Below, piece by piece: positions 18,463 to 28,441 of a DNA stretch of 64,000 bases (the first letter of the stretch is position 1; every line of letters begins with the position of its first letter). This stretch comes from an uncultured Pelagibacteraceae bacterium (GTDB lineage: Bacteria; Pseudomonadota; Alphaproteobacteria; Pelagibacterales; Pelagibacteraceae), in NCBI GenBank assembly GCA_902587755.1, contig CACIMN010000001.1, forward strand, positions 318,669-382,668. Direction: 5' to 3'. A program made the translations under genes and the position numbers. The notes under the pieces are model-generated. The model had not been told where the DNA came from, did not search any database, and was given only the letters and a program-made list of their open reading frames with translations.

Positions 18463-19705
18463 CGCTTATATAATCTGCTTGCTCTTTTGATAATTTTGTT
18501 AGTTTTGCGCCAACTTTTTTTAAATGCAAAGTTGCTACTTTTTCATCTAAATGTTTTGGAAGTACATAAACTTTATTTTCATAATTTTTATGATTATGCC
18601 AAAGTTCTATTTGAGCAATAACTTGATTAGTAAATGATGCACTCATTACAAAACTTGGATGTCCAGTTGCACAACCAAGATTAACTAATCTTCCTTCAGC
18701 TAAAAGAATAATTCTTTTACCACTAGGCAGCTCTATTTCGTGCACTTGAGGTTTTACTTCAGTCCATTTATAATTCTTAAGAGCCTCAACTTGTATTTCA
18801 TTATCAAAGTGACCAATATTACATAAGATGGCTCTATCCTTCATATCTCTCATATGATCTGCGGTAACTATATCTTTGTTACCTGTGGCTGTTACAACTA
18901 TATCCGCTCTACTTATAGCCTCCTCCATTAATACCACTTCATAACCTTCCATTGCAGCTTGGAGAGCACAAATTGGATCTGCCTCAGTAACTAAAACTCT
19001 AGCGCCACTTTGTCTTAAAGATGCAGCACTTCCTTTTCCAACGTCTCCAAAACCAGCAACAATTGCAATTTTTCCAGACATCATTACATCAGTAGCTCTT
19101 CTTATTCCGTCAACTAAACTTTCTCTGCATCCATATAAATTATCAAATTTTGATTTTGTAACAGAATCATTCACGTTTATTGCTGGAACTAAAAGGGATT
19201 TATCTTTTTCCATTTTATTTAGTGCTTTAATTCCAGTGGTAGTCTCTTCTGAAACACCCTTTATATCTTTCATTAAATCCTGATATTCATTGTGCATGAT
19301 AGCTGTTAAATCTCCACCATCATCTAATAACATGTTAGGCTTCCAGTCAGGTTTTCCAATTATAGTTTGTTTAATACACCATAAATATTCCTCCTCTGTT
19401 TCACCTTTCCAAGCGTAAACAGGAATCCCAGCTTTAGCGATGGCCGCAGCCGCATGATCTTGAGTTGAAAAAATATTACAAGAAGACCATCTCACTTCAG
19501 CGCCCAATGCAACTAATGTTTCAATTAATACAGCTGTTTGAATTGTCATATGCAGACATCCAATTATTCTTGCACCTTTTAATGGTTTTTCTTTAGAATA
19601 CTCTTCTCGTAATGCCATTAAACCAGGCATTTCACTTTCAGCTATTGATATTTCTTTTCTACCAAATTCAGCTTGAGCAATGTTTTTTACTTTATAATCT
19701 TCCAT
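18419..19705 (-). CDS. ahcY: Adenosylhomocysteinase
   Basis: 428 aa with highly conserved blocks ([18 protein letters not shown] site, C-terminal KPDAYRY). Confidence 0.96.
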   Translation of the reverse strand: MEDYKVKNIAQAEFGRKEISIAESEMPGLMALREEYSKEKPLKGARIIGCLHMTIQTAVLIETLVALGAEVRWSSCNIFSTQDHAAAAIAKAGIPVYAWKGETEEEYLWCIKQTIIGKPDWKPNMLLDDGGDLTAIMHNEYQDLMKDIKGVSEETTTGIKALNKMEKDKSLLVPAINVNDSVTKSKFDNLYGCRESLVDGIRRATDVMMSGKIAIVAGFGDVGKGSAASLRQSGARVLVTEADPICALQAAMEGYEVVLMEEAISRADIVVTATGNKDIVTADHMRDMKDRAILCNIGHFDNEIQVEALKNYKWTEVKPQVHEIELPSGKRIILLAEGRLVNLGCATGHPSFVMSASFTNQVIAQIELWHNHKNYENKVYVLPKHLDEKVATLHLKKVGAKLTKLSKEQADYISVGTEGPFKPDAYRY

Positions 19706-19747
19706 GGCAAGCTTTATACAGCTAAGTATTTATTTATCAAGATATGA

Positions 19748-21289
19748 TTAAACATTGGGAAATCTTATCTCTATCATTGCTCCTTCTTTATCAATACGAT
19801 TAGATGCTTCAATTTCACCATCGTGGAGTTCAACTAAGTTTTTTACAATATTTAAACCTAAACCTGAATGTTCTCCAAATTTTTCAGGTCTATTACTATA
19901 AAATCTTTTAAATATTCTTGAAGTGTCTTTTTCTTTAAATCCTTCTCCTTCATCAATAATTTTGATTGATATTTGATTTTTCCCATTTACAGAAACATCA
20001 ACAAAAACATTAGTACTGTCTTTACTGAATGATATTGAATTATCTAATAAATTTGCAATGATTTGTTCAATTCTGTTTTCTATACCATTTATTAAATATT
20101 TATCTTTTCCATCATTTTTATATTCAATTTTAATTCCTTTTTTCACTTGGTGAATATTATTGTAATCATCAACAACAGATTGAATGATAGGTTCAATATT
20201 AATTTTTTTCATTTTTTCTTTACTTAAAGCAACTTCATCCTTTAACATTTGTGAATAATCAGTAATTAATCTTTCTATTCTTTGAACGTCATGACTAAGT
20301 ATATTTAATAATCTATTTCTTTGTTCGCTATCATTTGTGTCTTGTAAAATTTCTGATGCACTTTTTAAAGATGCTAATGGATTTCTTATTTCATGAACTA
20401 AATCAGTCGAAAAATTTTCAGCATGTGCAACTCTATTTTGAAGCTCATTTGTCATATCCTCTAAAGAATTAGATAAAAGTCCTAATTCGTCATTTCTTTT
20501 TTTTAAATTTTCAATACCTGGTTTAACTTGACTTTTTTCTTTGATACGAATTGTATATCCAACGAGATTTTGTATTGGTTTAATAAAATATCTGCTTAAA
20601 ACAAAAGAAAAAATTAATATTACAAATCCTACAGATATAGCTGTTCTTATTACAAATGCTTTTCTCTCGTCTATCGCAGTCTTTATTTCATTAGCATTTT
20701 CTGTAATAGCTACATAACCAAGATTAATTTCATTCTTTGTAACATTCTTAATTGTTGTTACATTAAATTGATTAAAATCTTCTTGAGTAAATGTGTAAGG
20801 AGCTCCTAAATTTTCAGAACTAGAATAATTTTTTAATATATCTTTGAATGAAAAAGATTTTTTTTCGTCAGTTTTTATATTTTTTTCCTCAATAGTTTTT
20901 TCTATTTCCTCATTGTCTAAACTTTCAAATTCAATTTTATCAAGTCTTGTAGAGAATGACCTTGGATCAAGATCTAAAGTATCAGTGTCTCCAATAAGGT
21001 TAAGTTGATCATCAAAAAATATTACTCTATCTAAATTTTGAAAAATAAACCTAGTAGAAAATAAAAATCTTCTAATATCGTCAGATTGGAATTTTACATC
21101 TAGCCTTAAAATATTATCAATAGTGTTGTTAATAATGTTTGTGTGATTTTGAGATTTTTTTTTTATTAAACTTGGCTGAATATTATTTAGATATATGAAT
21201 GTAAATAGTCCAATAATTGTAAAAATTACAAAATTTATAAATAAAAATTTTTTTAATATAGAGAGAGTTTTTAAGTATTTACTAAACAT
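19748..21289 (-). CDS. Sensor histidine kinase, ChvG/ExoS/BvrS-like (EnvZ-type architecture)
   Basis: 513 aa with two TM helices flanking a periplasmic loop, HAMP, H-box (FSTDLVHEIRNPL) and HATPase N/G boxes (LLDNSISF, GLGLNIV). TAATG overlap with the upstream response regulator. Confidence 0.8.
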   Translation of the reverse strand: MFSKYLKTLSILKKFLFINFVIFTIIGLFTFIYLNNIQPSLIKKKSQNHTNIINNTIDNILRLDVKFQSDDIRRFLFSTRFIFQNLDRVIFFDDQLNLIGDTDTLDLDPRSFSTRLDKIEFESLDNEEIEKTIEEKNIKTDEKKSFSFKDILKNYSSSENLGAPYTFTQEDFNQFNVTTIKNVTKNEINLGYVAITENANEIKTAIDERKAFVIRTAISVGFVILIFSFVLSRYFIKPIQNLVGYTIRIKEKSQVKPGIENLKKRNDELGLLSNSLEDMTNELQNRVAHAENFSTDLVHEIRNPLASLKSASEILQDTNDSEQRNRLLNILSHDVQRIERLITDYSQMLKDEVALSKEKMKKINIEPIIQSVVDDYNNIHQVKKGIKIEYKNDGKDKYLINGIENRIEQIIANLLDNSISFSKDSTNVFVDVSVNGKNQISIKIIDEGEGFKEKDTSRIFKRFYSNRPEKFGEHSGLGLNIVKNLVELHDGEIEASNRIDKEGAMIEIRFPNV

Positions 21290-21996
21290 TAGCTAACATT
21301 CCATCTATATCCACTACCATACCTAGTTTCAATAGCTGAAAAATCAGGATCTACTTTTTTAAATTTTTTTCTAATTCGTTTTACGTGACTATCAATAGTT
21401 CTATCCTCAATGTCTGTATCCTCTCGGTAAGCTATATCCATAAGCTGAGCTCTTTCTTTAATTATACCGGGCCTCTTTGCTAATTCTTTAACAATTAAAA
21501 ACTCAGTTGTCGTCAATTTATCAGGCAGCTGTTTTCCATTCCATTCACACTCGAGTTGTGATGGATCTAATTTTAATCTTCCATGAGATATCAGACTTTT
21601 ATTTTCCTCTAAAATATTATTTGAATCTTTTTTTCTTAACTGCACTCTAATTCTTTCAATCAAGACTTTTATGGAAAAACCTCCTGATTTTTTTACAAAA
21701 TCATCTGCGCCCAGCTTTAGACCTAACAACTCATCAATTTCATCATCTTTAGATGTTAAAAAAATTACTGGTAAGGAAGTTTTTTTTCTAAGTTTTTTTA
21801 GTAATTCTTCTCCATCCATCTTGGGCATCTTTATATCTATGACTGCTAAGTCAGGTGGCATTCTGGTTAAGCCGATTAATGCACTTTCACCATCAATGTA
21901 TGTTTGAACTTTAAAACCCTCTTTTTCCAATGCGATACTCAAACTTGTTAAAATATTTCTATCGTCATCAATTAAAGCTATTGTTTGTTTTTGCAT
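21289..21996 (-). CDS. OmpR-family response regulator, ChvI/BvrR-like
   Basis: 235 aa with a receiver domain (ALIDDD...DIKMPKMDG) and a winged-helix output domain (..RTIDSHVKRIRKKF..GSGYRW). Confidence 0.85.
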   Translation of the reverse strand: MQKQTIALIDDDRNILTSLSIALEKEGFKVQTYIDGESALIGLTRMPPDLAVIDIKMPKMDGEELLKKLRKKTSLPVIFLTSKDDEIDELLGLKLGADDFVKKSGGFSIKVLIERIRVQLRKKDSNNILEENKSLISHGRLKLDPSQLECEWNGKQLPDKLTTTEFLIVKELAKRPGIIKERAQLMDIAYREDTDIEDRTIDSHVKRIRKKFKKVDPDFSAIETRYGSGYRWNVS

Positions 21997-22046
21997 AAAG
22001 TAGTTTAAAAATACTAAATTGTCCTAATTTGGGCAATGTTATAAAT

Positions 22047-24821
22047 TTAATGTAACATGCCCCAATTATCTCCAACATTAATATCAACTGTTAAAGGAGT
22101 TGAAAAAGAATGATAATCACTCTGAGCTACACTGGTCATTTCTTTCTCAATTAATTTAATCATTACTTTTTCATCTTTTTTTGGAATTTCAAAAATTAAT
22201 TCATCATGAATTTGCAAGAGCATTTTTGAATTAGAATTTTTTTCCTCTGATAATTTCTTATCTAATCTTATCATAGCTAATCTCATTACTTCAGAAGCAG
22301 AACCTTGGATGGGAGCATTAATTGCAGCACGTTCTTGAAAATTTCTGACATTATAGTTTTTGTCATTTATTCCATTAAAATGAGATCTTCGTCCAAAAAT
22401 ATTGTTAACATATCCACTTTTCCTACAAAATTTAATTGTATTATCCATGTAAACTTTAATTTCTGGAAACTTAGCAAAATATGAATTCAAAAATTCCTCT
22501 GCTTCATAGTTAGAAACGTTTATTTGCTTAGCTAATCCATATTGCGAAATTCCATAAATGATCCCAAAATTAATAGCCTTAGCCTTTCGTCTGTGATCTT
22601 GATTAACTTTTTTGATATCAATATTAAATATTTGGCTAGCTGTTAAAGAGTGAATATCTTCTTTATTTTTAAAAGCTTTTTTCAGCTCTTTTACATCTGC
22701 CAGGTCTGCTAAAATTCTCATCTCAATTTGATTGTAATCCGCAGAAATTAATAGGTGCCCTTTTTTTGCAGTAAAAGCTTTTCTTATATCTTTTCCATCT
22801 TCTGATTTAATTGGTATGTTTTGTAAGTTGGGATCACTAGATGCTAGTCTTCCAGTCGTTGTAGCAGCCAGCAAAAACGAAGTATGAACTCTTTTTGTAT
22901 TTGGGTTTAAATGTTCGGGTAAAGCATCTGAATAGGTATTTTTTAATTTTGAAACTTGTCTCCAGTCTAAAATTAATTTTGGAAACTCATGGCCTTTGAA
23001 AGCTAAATCCTCTAAAACACTTGCGCTTGTTGCAAAACTTCCTTTTTTAGTTTTTTTTAATCCAGCTATTTTCAAATCATTATAAATTATTTCGCCTAAT
23101 TGCTTTGGGGATGCGATATTGAATTCTTTTTTAGAAATTTTAAATACTTCTTTTTCAAGTTTTTGGATTTTTTTTTCAAATTTAGATGAAAGAGATTTTA
23201 AAAACTTACTATCAATTTCAACTCCCTCTATTTCCATAAATGCAAGAATTTTAATTAGTGGCTTCTCAAAAATTTCATAAATATTTATCATTTTTTCTGA
23301 TTTTAAATTTTTGATAAATTTCTTGTATAATCTAAAAGTAATATCAGCATCTTCAGCAGCATAATCTTTTGCTTTATTTAACTCTACCTCACTAAAATTA
23401 ATTTCTTTCTTCCCTGTACCTACCATCTCTTTAAAAGAAATAGTTTTATGCCCTAAATGAATTTCTGATAAAGTATCCATATTATGTCTATTTTTTCCTG
23501 CATCTAAGACATAAGACATCAGCATCGTATCTTCCATTGATGAAAGCGTTATTCCACACTTATAAAATACGATAAAATCAAATTTTATATTTTGACCTAT
23601 TTTTTTTATGCTTGGATCTTCTAATATTTTTTTTAATTTTTTAATTACAGCGTCTTTTTTAAGACACTTAGGTGACTTATGACCAACTGGTATATAACAT
23701 GCTCTTCCAACTTTAGAGCAAAGAGAAATACCTACTAGATCTGCTTGATGAGGATCTAATGAAGTAGTTTCTGTATCTACAGCGACTTCACCAACTTCTT
23801 CAGCCTCCTCTATCCATTTATCAATTTCATCTAAGCTATTAATTAAATAATAATTTTTGTTATTAACTGTTTGTTGTTTTTCTAGGTTTTGAGTTTCAAT
23901 CTTATTACTTTCTAGCTCAGGTTCTCCATAAGCAGAAATTGCAGAGCTTAGCAACCTATTAAATTCCATTTCTCTTAAAAATTTATATAATTTATCTTTA
24001 TCTATATTTTGCAATTTAAATTCACTTAACTCCCTATCAACAGGAGAGTTGTGATCTAGTGTTACAAGTTTTTTACTTATTAATGCTTTATCCTTGTTCT
24101 CAATTAATGTTTCTCTTCTTTTATTTTGCTTAATCTCATGAGCAGATTTTAGCAAGTTTTCTAAAGTGCCATATTTATTAATAAGCTCTGCAGCTGTCTT
24201 AATACCTATCCCCGGAACACCAGGTACATTGTCACTACTGTCTCCTGCTAAAGATTGCACATCAATAACTTTTGAAGCATCTACTCCAAATTTTTTTATG
24301 ACATCATCATCAGTTATAAATTTATTTTTCATAGGGTCAAAAATTCGAACCCCTTTTTTGTAAAGCTGCATTAAATCTTTATCTGATGAAACAATTGTGA
24401 CCTTTGCACCCTTTTTAAGAATTTGATCAACATATGTAGCTATTAAATCATCTGCTTCATAATTAGGAAGATCCACAGATGGCAAATTAAATGCCAGGAC
24501 TGATTTTCTTATATATTCAAATTGTGGAGCTAAATCGTCAGGCGCCTCAGATCTATTAGCTTTATAATCACTATAAATTTCATTTCTGAAAGTTTTTCTT
24601 GCTGAGTCGAATATTACTGCAAAATGTGTTGGTTTTTGCAAGTTTTGACTGGATTTTGAGTCTTCTAATAATTTAAATAACATACTGCAAAAACCACTTA
24701 CAGCACCTGTTGGAAGTCCATCGCTTTTTCTACTCAATGGAGGCAAAGCATAATAAGCTCTAAAAATATAACCAGAACCATCAATCAAATAAAAATGATC
24801 TGTTTTTTGAATTTTATTCAT
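22047..24821 (-). CDS. polA: DNA polymerase I
   Basis: 924 aa with 5'-nuclease, 3'-5' exonuclease (VDTETTSLD) and polymerase motifs (DYNQIEMRILA, QIHDELIFE). Confidence 0.97.
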   Translation of the reverse strand: MNKIQKTDHFYLIDGSGYIFRAYYALPPLSRKSDGLPTGAVSGFCSMLFKLLEDSKSSQNLQKPTHFAVIFDSARKTFRNEIYSDYKANRSEAPDDLAPQFEYIRKSVLAFNLPSVDLPNYEADDLIATYVDQILKKGAKVTIVSSDKDLMQLYKKGVRIFDPMKNKFITDDDVIKKFGVDASKVIDVQSLAGDSSDNVPGVPGIGIKTAAELINKYGTLENLLKSAHEIKQNKRRETLIENKDKALISKKLVTLDHNSPVDRELSEFKLQNIDKDKLYKFLREMEFNRLLSSAISAYGEPELESNKIETQNLEKQQTVNNKNYYLINSLDEIDKWIEEAEEVGEVAVDTETTSLDPHQADLVGISLCSKVGRACYIPVGHKSPKCLKKDAVIKKLKKILEDPSIKKIGQNIKFDFIVFYKCGITLSSMEDTMLMSYVLDAGKNRHNMDTLSEIHLGHKTISFKEMVGTGKKEINFSEVELNKAKDYAAEDADITFRLYKKFIKNLKSEKMINIYEIFEKPLIKILAFMEIEGVEIDSKFLKSLSSKFEKKIQKLEKEVFKISKKEFNIASPKQLGEIIYNDLKIAGLKKTKKGSFATSASVLEDLAFKGHEFPKLILDWRQVSKLKNTYSDALPEHLNPNTKRVHTSFLLAATTTGRLASSDPNLQNIPIKSEDGKDIRKAFTAKKGHLLISADYNQIEMRILADLADVKELKKAFKNKEDIHSLTASQIFNIDIKKVNQDHRRKAKAINFGIIYGISQYGLAKQINVSNYEAEEFLNSYFAKFPEIKVYMDNTIKFCRKSGYVNNIFGRRSHFNGINDKNYNVRNFQERAAINAPIQGSASEVMRLAMIRLDKKLSEEKNSNSKMLLQIHDELIFEIPKKDEKVMIKLIEKEMTSVAQSDYHSFSTPLTVDINVGDNWGMLH

Positions 24822-24935
24822 GAAGTATTATTAAATATTATAATGATAACATATTCTGTATATATAAAAATTTACTTTAAATTATTATAACAATTATAAG
24901 TAGATTATTTTTTATATTTTGAGTATTATTTAACA

Positions 24936-25487
24936 ATGGAATTAACAAAAAATCTCACGCAAGCTAAACTATTTAAATCTCTGGTTGTTATTGTTCTTGG
25001 TTCAATAGCACTAACTATATCAGCAAAAATCAAAATTCCTTTCTATCCAGTTCCTATGACTATGCAAACATTTGTTGTATTATTTTTAGGAATAAGTTTA
25101 GGGCATAAAATTGCATTAGCTACAATTGGTCTATATCTAATTGAAGGAATTGCAGGGCTTCCTGTATTTTCAAATTCTCCTGAAAAAGGTGTTGGATTAG
25201 TTTACTTTACCGGACCAACTATGGGTTACTTAATTGGTTTTTTAACAGCTGGTTACTTAGCTTCTAAAATAAAGATTGATGATAATTTTTTCGTAGTTTT
25301 ATTTAAATTAATTATCGCAACTTCAACAATCTATATTTTGGGTCTAATTTGGCTTGGAACACTGATTGGATGGGATAAGCCAATTTTTGCTTTAGGTGCA
25401 AAACCTTTTCTATTAGCCGAGATTTCTAAGATTATGCTTTTAGCTCTTTTGACAAAGCAAATAATTAAAATTAAAAAATTTATCTAG
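24936..25487 (+). CDS. bioY: Biotin transporter S-component BioY
   Basis: 183 aa with six TM helices and BioY blocks (PVPMTMQTFVVL, GPTMGYLIGF). Confidence 0.88.
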   Translation: MELTKNLTQAKLFKSLVVIVLGSIALTISAKIKIPFYPVPMTMQTFVVLFLGISLGHKIALATIGLYLIEGIAGLPVFSNSPEKGVGLVYFTGPTMGYLIGFLTAGYLASKIKIDDNFFVVLFKLIIATSTIYILGLIWLGTLIGWDKPIFALGAKPFLLAEISKIMLLALLTKQIIKIKKFI

Positions 25488-26043
25488 GTGATCTTTTGGA
25501 AAGAATTCTTTGAAGAGTTCTTCTGTGCATTTTAAGTCTTCTGGCTGTTTCTGAAACATTCCTGTTACATAACTCAAAGACTCTATGTATATGTTCCCAT
25601 TTTACTCTGTCTGCAGACATAGGATTTTCTGGAGGAGCTGCTTTTTTTGAAGGATCTGCTAATAACGCTTTTTCAACATCTTCTGCATCAGCAGGTTTAG
25701 CTAAATAATCTATAGCACCTTCTTTGATCGCAGCTACTGCAGTTGGAATATTTCCATAACCAGTTAACATGATAATCCTACTATCACTATTTGAAGACTG
25801 AATTTCTTTTACAACCTCAAGTCCATTACCATCTGCAAGCCTTAAGTCTACAACAGCAAAACCAGGTTTTTTAGTTTTTACAGATTCAACTCCCTTTTGT
25901 ACACTCTCAGCTTGAAAAACCTCAAATCCTTTCTTTTCCATCGCTCTTGCTAAACGCTCACGGAAAGGATTATCGTCATCGACGATTAATAGTGACTTGT
26001 TCTCAAAATCGCTAAGATTCTGTAATTTTGCTTCTTCTTTCAT
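25480..26043 (-). CDS. regA: Redox response regulator RegA/ActR/PrrA family
   Basis: A receiver domain (LLIVDDD) plus the near-invariant RegA HTH tail (NVSETARRLKMHRRTLQRILSKRSPR). The track ORF runs to a TTG at 26067; the ATG at 26043 (MKEEAK) is preferred. Confidence 0.88.
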   Translation of the reverse strand: MKEEAKLQNLSDFENKSLLIVDDDNPFRERLARAMEKKGFEVFQAESVQKGVESVKTKKPGFAVVDLRLADGNGLEVVKEIQSSNSDSRIIMLTGYGNIPTAVAAIKEGAIDYLAKPADAEDVEKALLADPSKKAAPPENPMSADRVKWEHIHRVFELCNRNVSETARRLKMHRRTLQRILSKRSPR

Positions 26044-26211
26044 GTGCCTAATATGGGGTCTCTGCAAAATATTACAATATATGAATTTTACGCATTTCTG
26101 GCTTGAATTATTTGCTTTACATTAGTGCTGCTTACTTTTATATGCGAAAAATATTAAAGTTTTTGTAAAAAAGACTTTTTTTTTATTAAATTTTTTTTGG
26201 AGGCATTTAAA

Positions 26212-27396
26212 ATGCAAAAATTTAAATCAGTTGAAGAATTAGTAAATCAACTGAAACCCGAAAAACCAGTATACTGTATAAGAAAAAATTCCATAAAATC
26301 TGCTGTTAAATTTTTCTTAAACAAATTTCCAGGTAAAGTTTTATATGCAGTCAAAACCAATCCCCACCCTGAGATAATCAAAACAATCATAGAAAGTGGA
26401 GTAGAACAATTTGATGTTGCATCAATTGAAGAAATTAAAAATATTAGAACTTTTAGCGATACAGCTAAATGCTCTTATATGCATACAGTAAAGAGCAGAG
26501 AAAGTATAAAAGAGGCATATTTTAATTATGGTGTAAAAACTTTTTCATTAGATACTAAAGATGAACTGATTAAAATAATTGAAAGCACAAATAATGCTGA
26601 AGATTTAGAATTATTTGTAAGAGTTGCTGTTTCCAATGAACATGCAGAAATTGATTTATCTAAAAAATTTGGTGCTTTAACATCAGAAGCAATAGGTTTG
26701 TTAAGACTTGTAAAACTGCATGCTAAAAAGATTGGTTTAAGTTTTCATGTTGGCTCACAATGTATGCATCCAATTTCTTATGCGAAAGGAATTAGTGAAA
26801 TTGGGAATATAATTAAAAAAACCAAGATAATTCCAGATTATATTAATTTAGGTGGAGGTTTCCCTACAATCTATCCTGACTTAATTCCACAATCTTTAAT
26901 TAGTTATTTTAATGAAATAAATAAGAGTTTAGAAAATTTAAAACTTGAAAAACTTCCTGAAATTATTTGTGAGCCTGGTAGAGCTATAGTTGCAGAAAGT
27001 GGCTCAACAATTGTAAGAGTTAATTTAAGAAAAAAACAAAAGCTTTATATTAATGATGGTACCTATGGTACTCTTTTTGATGCAGGTACACCTAACATTG
27101 TATTCCCATCTAGGATGATTAAAGAAAATTCTAACAAAATAATTTCAAAAAAATTAACTGCTTTTGATTTCTTTGGACCTACATGTGATAGCATGGATTA
27201 TATGAAAGGTCCTTTTTTGCTTCCAAATAATATTAAAGAAAATGATTATATCGAACTTGGTCAACTTGGTGCATACGGATTGACATTTAGAACTCAATTT
27301 AATGGTTATTACTCAAATGAAATTTACGAAGTTGAAGATAATCCAATAATGACAATGTATGATAAAGACGTTAATAAAGCTAACATGGTAGCTTAA
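26212..27396 (+). CDS. Eukaryotic-type (alanine-racemase-fold) ornithine/lysine decarboxylase
   Basis: PLP-Lys motif VLYAVKTN, plus FHVGSQC, GGGFP, CEPGRAIVA and GPTCDSMD. A GGAGG (26199-26203) lies 8 nt before the ATG at 26212; the track start at TTG 26197 is unlikely. Confidence 0.85.
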   Translation: MQKFKSVEELVNQLKPEKPVYCIRKNSIKSAVKFFLNKFPGKVLYAVKTNPHPEIIKTIIESGVEQFDVASIEEIKNIRTFSDTAKCSYMHTVKSRESIKEAYFNYGVKTFSLDTKDELIKIIESTNNAEDLELFVRVAVSNEHAEIDLSKKFGALTSEAIGLLRLVKLHAKKIGLSFHVGSQCMHPISYAKGISEIGNIIKKTKIIPDYINLGGGFPTIYPDLIPQSLISYFNEINKSLENLKLEKLPEIICEPGRAIVAESGSTIVRVNLRKKQKLYINDGTYGTLFDAGTPNIVFPSRMIKENSNKIISKKLTAFDFFGPTCDSMDYMKGPFLLPNNIKENDYIELGQLGAYGLTFRTQFNGYYSNEIYEVEDNPIMTMYDKDVNKANMVA

Positions 27397-28439
27397 TGTC
27401 GAGTCAAAAAAATCCAGGTCATAACAGTAAAAGAGATTTCTTAAAAAAACCTGTTGAACACATCGATATAACTTCTTTTGATAGTAGAAAAATTATTTCC
27501 TCAATGGAAAAAATGTCATTTGTTTCTAGAGAAACAGCTAATGCTGCTAATATTTATAACGAGATGCTTAAAGATAAAGATTGTACAATTTTCCTTACCT
27601 TAGCAGGCTCTACTTCGGCAGCTGGATGTATGAATATTTATAAAGATTTAGTTAAATATAATATGGTTGATGCAATTGTTGCAACAGGAGCCTCTATAGT
27701 AGATATGGATTTTTTTGAAGCTCTTGGTTTTAAACATTATCAAGGTTCACAATTTCAAGATGATACTGAACTGAGAGACAACTATATAGATAGAATTTAC
27801 GATACCTACATAGATGAAGAAGAGCTTCAAATGTGTGATAAAATTATATGTGAAATCGCTAATAACCTAGAGGCGAGAAGCTATACTTCAAGAGAGTTCA
27901 TTTATGAAATGGGCAAATATTTAAAAAATAACTCAAAGAAAAAAGACTCTTTAATTGAAACCGCTTTTGACAATAATGTTCCTATTTTCTGCCCTGCTTT
28001 TACTGACTCGAGTGCAGGATTCGGATTAGTTATGCATCAAGAACAAAATCCAAAAAAACACATAACAATAGACTCAGTTAGAGAATTTAGAGAACTAACA
28101 GAAATTAAAATTAAATCTAAAGGTTCTGGATTATTTATGATTGGTGGTGGAGTGCCTAAAAACTTTATTCAAGATACTGTTATTTGTGCTGAACTATTAG
28201 GAAAAGATGTAGACATGCATAAATATGCTGTTCAAATTACTGTTGCTGATAGTAGAGACGGAGCTTGTAGCAGCTCCACATTAAAAGAAGCAAGTTCATG
28301 GGGGAAAGTAGATATTACAAAAGAACAGATGGTGTTTGCAGAGGCAACTAGTGTTTTACCATTGATAGCAAGTGATGCTTATCATAAGGGTGAGTGGAAA
28401 AACAGAGAAAGAAAAAACTTTACAAAAATTTTTGAATAA
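27396..28439 (+). CDS. Deoxyhypusine synthase-like protein (candidate homospermidine synthase)
   Basis: 347 aa DHS fold with GGGVPKNF and the catalytic-lysine motif EASSWGK. Its start overlaps the decarboxylase stop (TAATG). Confidence 0.85.
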   Translation: MSSQKNPGHNSKRDFLKKPVEHIDITSFDSRKIISSMEKMSFVSRETANAANIYNEMLKDKDCTIFLTLAGSTSAAGCMNIYKDLVKYNMVDAIVATGASIVDMDFFEALGFKHYQGSQFQDDTELRDNYIDRIYDTYIDEEELQMCDKIICEIANNLEARSYTSREFIYEMGKYLKNNSKKKDSLIETAFDNNVPIFCPAFTDSSAGFGLVMHQEQNPKKHITIDSVREFRELTEIKIKSKGSGLFMIGGGVPKNFIQDTVICAELLGKDVDMHKYAVQITVADSRDGACSSSTLKEASSWGKVDITKEQMVFAEATSVLPLIASDAYHKGEWKNRERKNFTKIFE

Positions 28440-28441
28440 AA

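Noticed and set aside
24822-24935. Possible biotin-responsive operator upstream of bioY: TTATAATGATAA, and a direct repeat of ATTATAA at 24884-24890 and 24893-24899.
   Set aside because: Neither matches the remembered BioR palindrome (TTATMKATAA) in spacing. AT-only 7-mers recur by chance in DNA of this composition. No biotin regulator is visible nearby.
26166-26198. A-run/U-run segment (GUAAAAAAGACUUUUUUUUU...UUUUUUUU) in the decarboxylase leader, considered as an attenuator hairpin.
   Set aside because: It could form only A:U pairs, so predicted stability is negligible. It is more likely plain AT-rich spacer.
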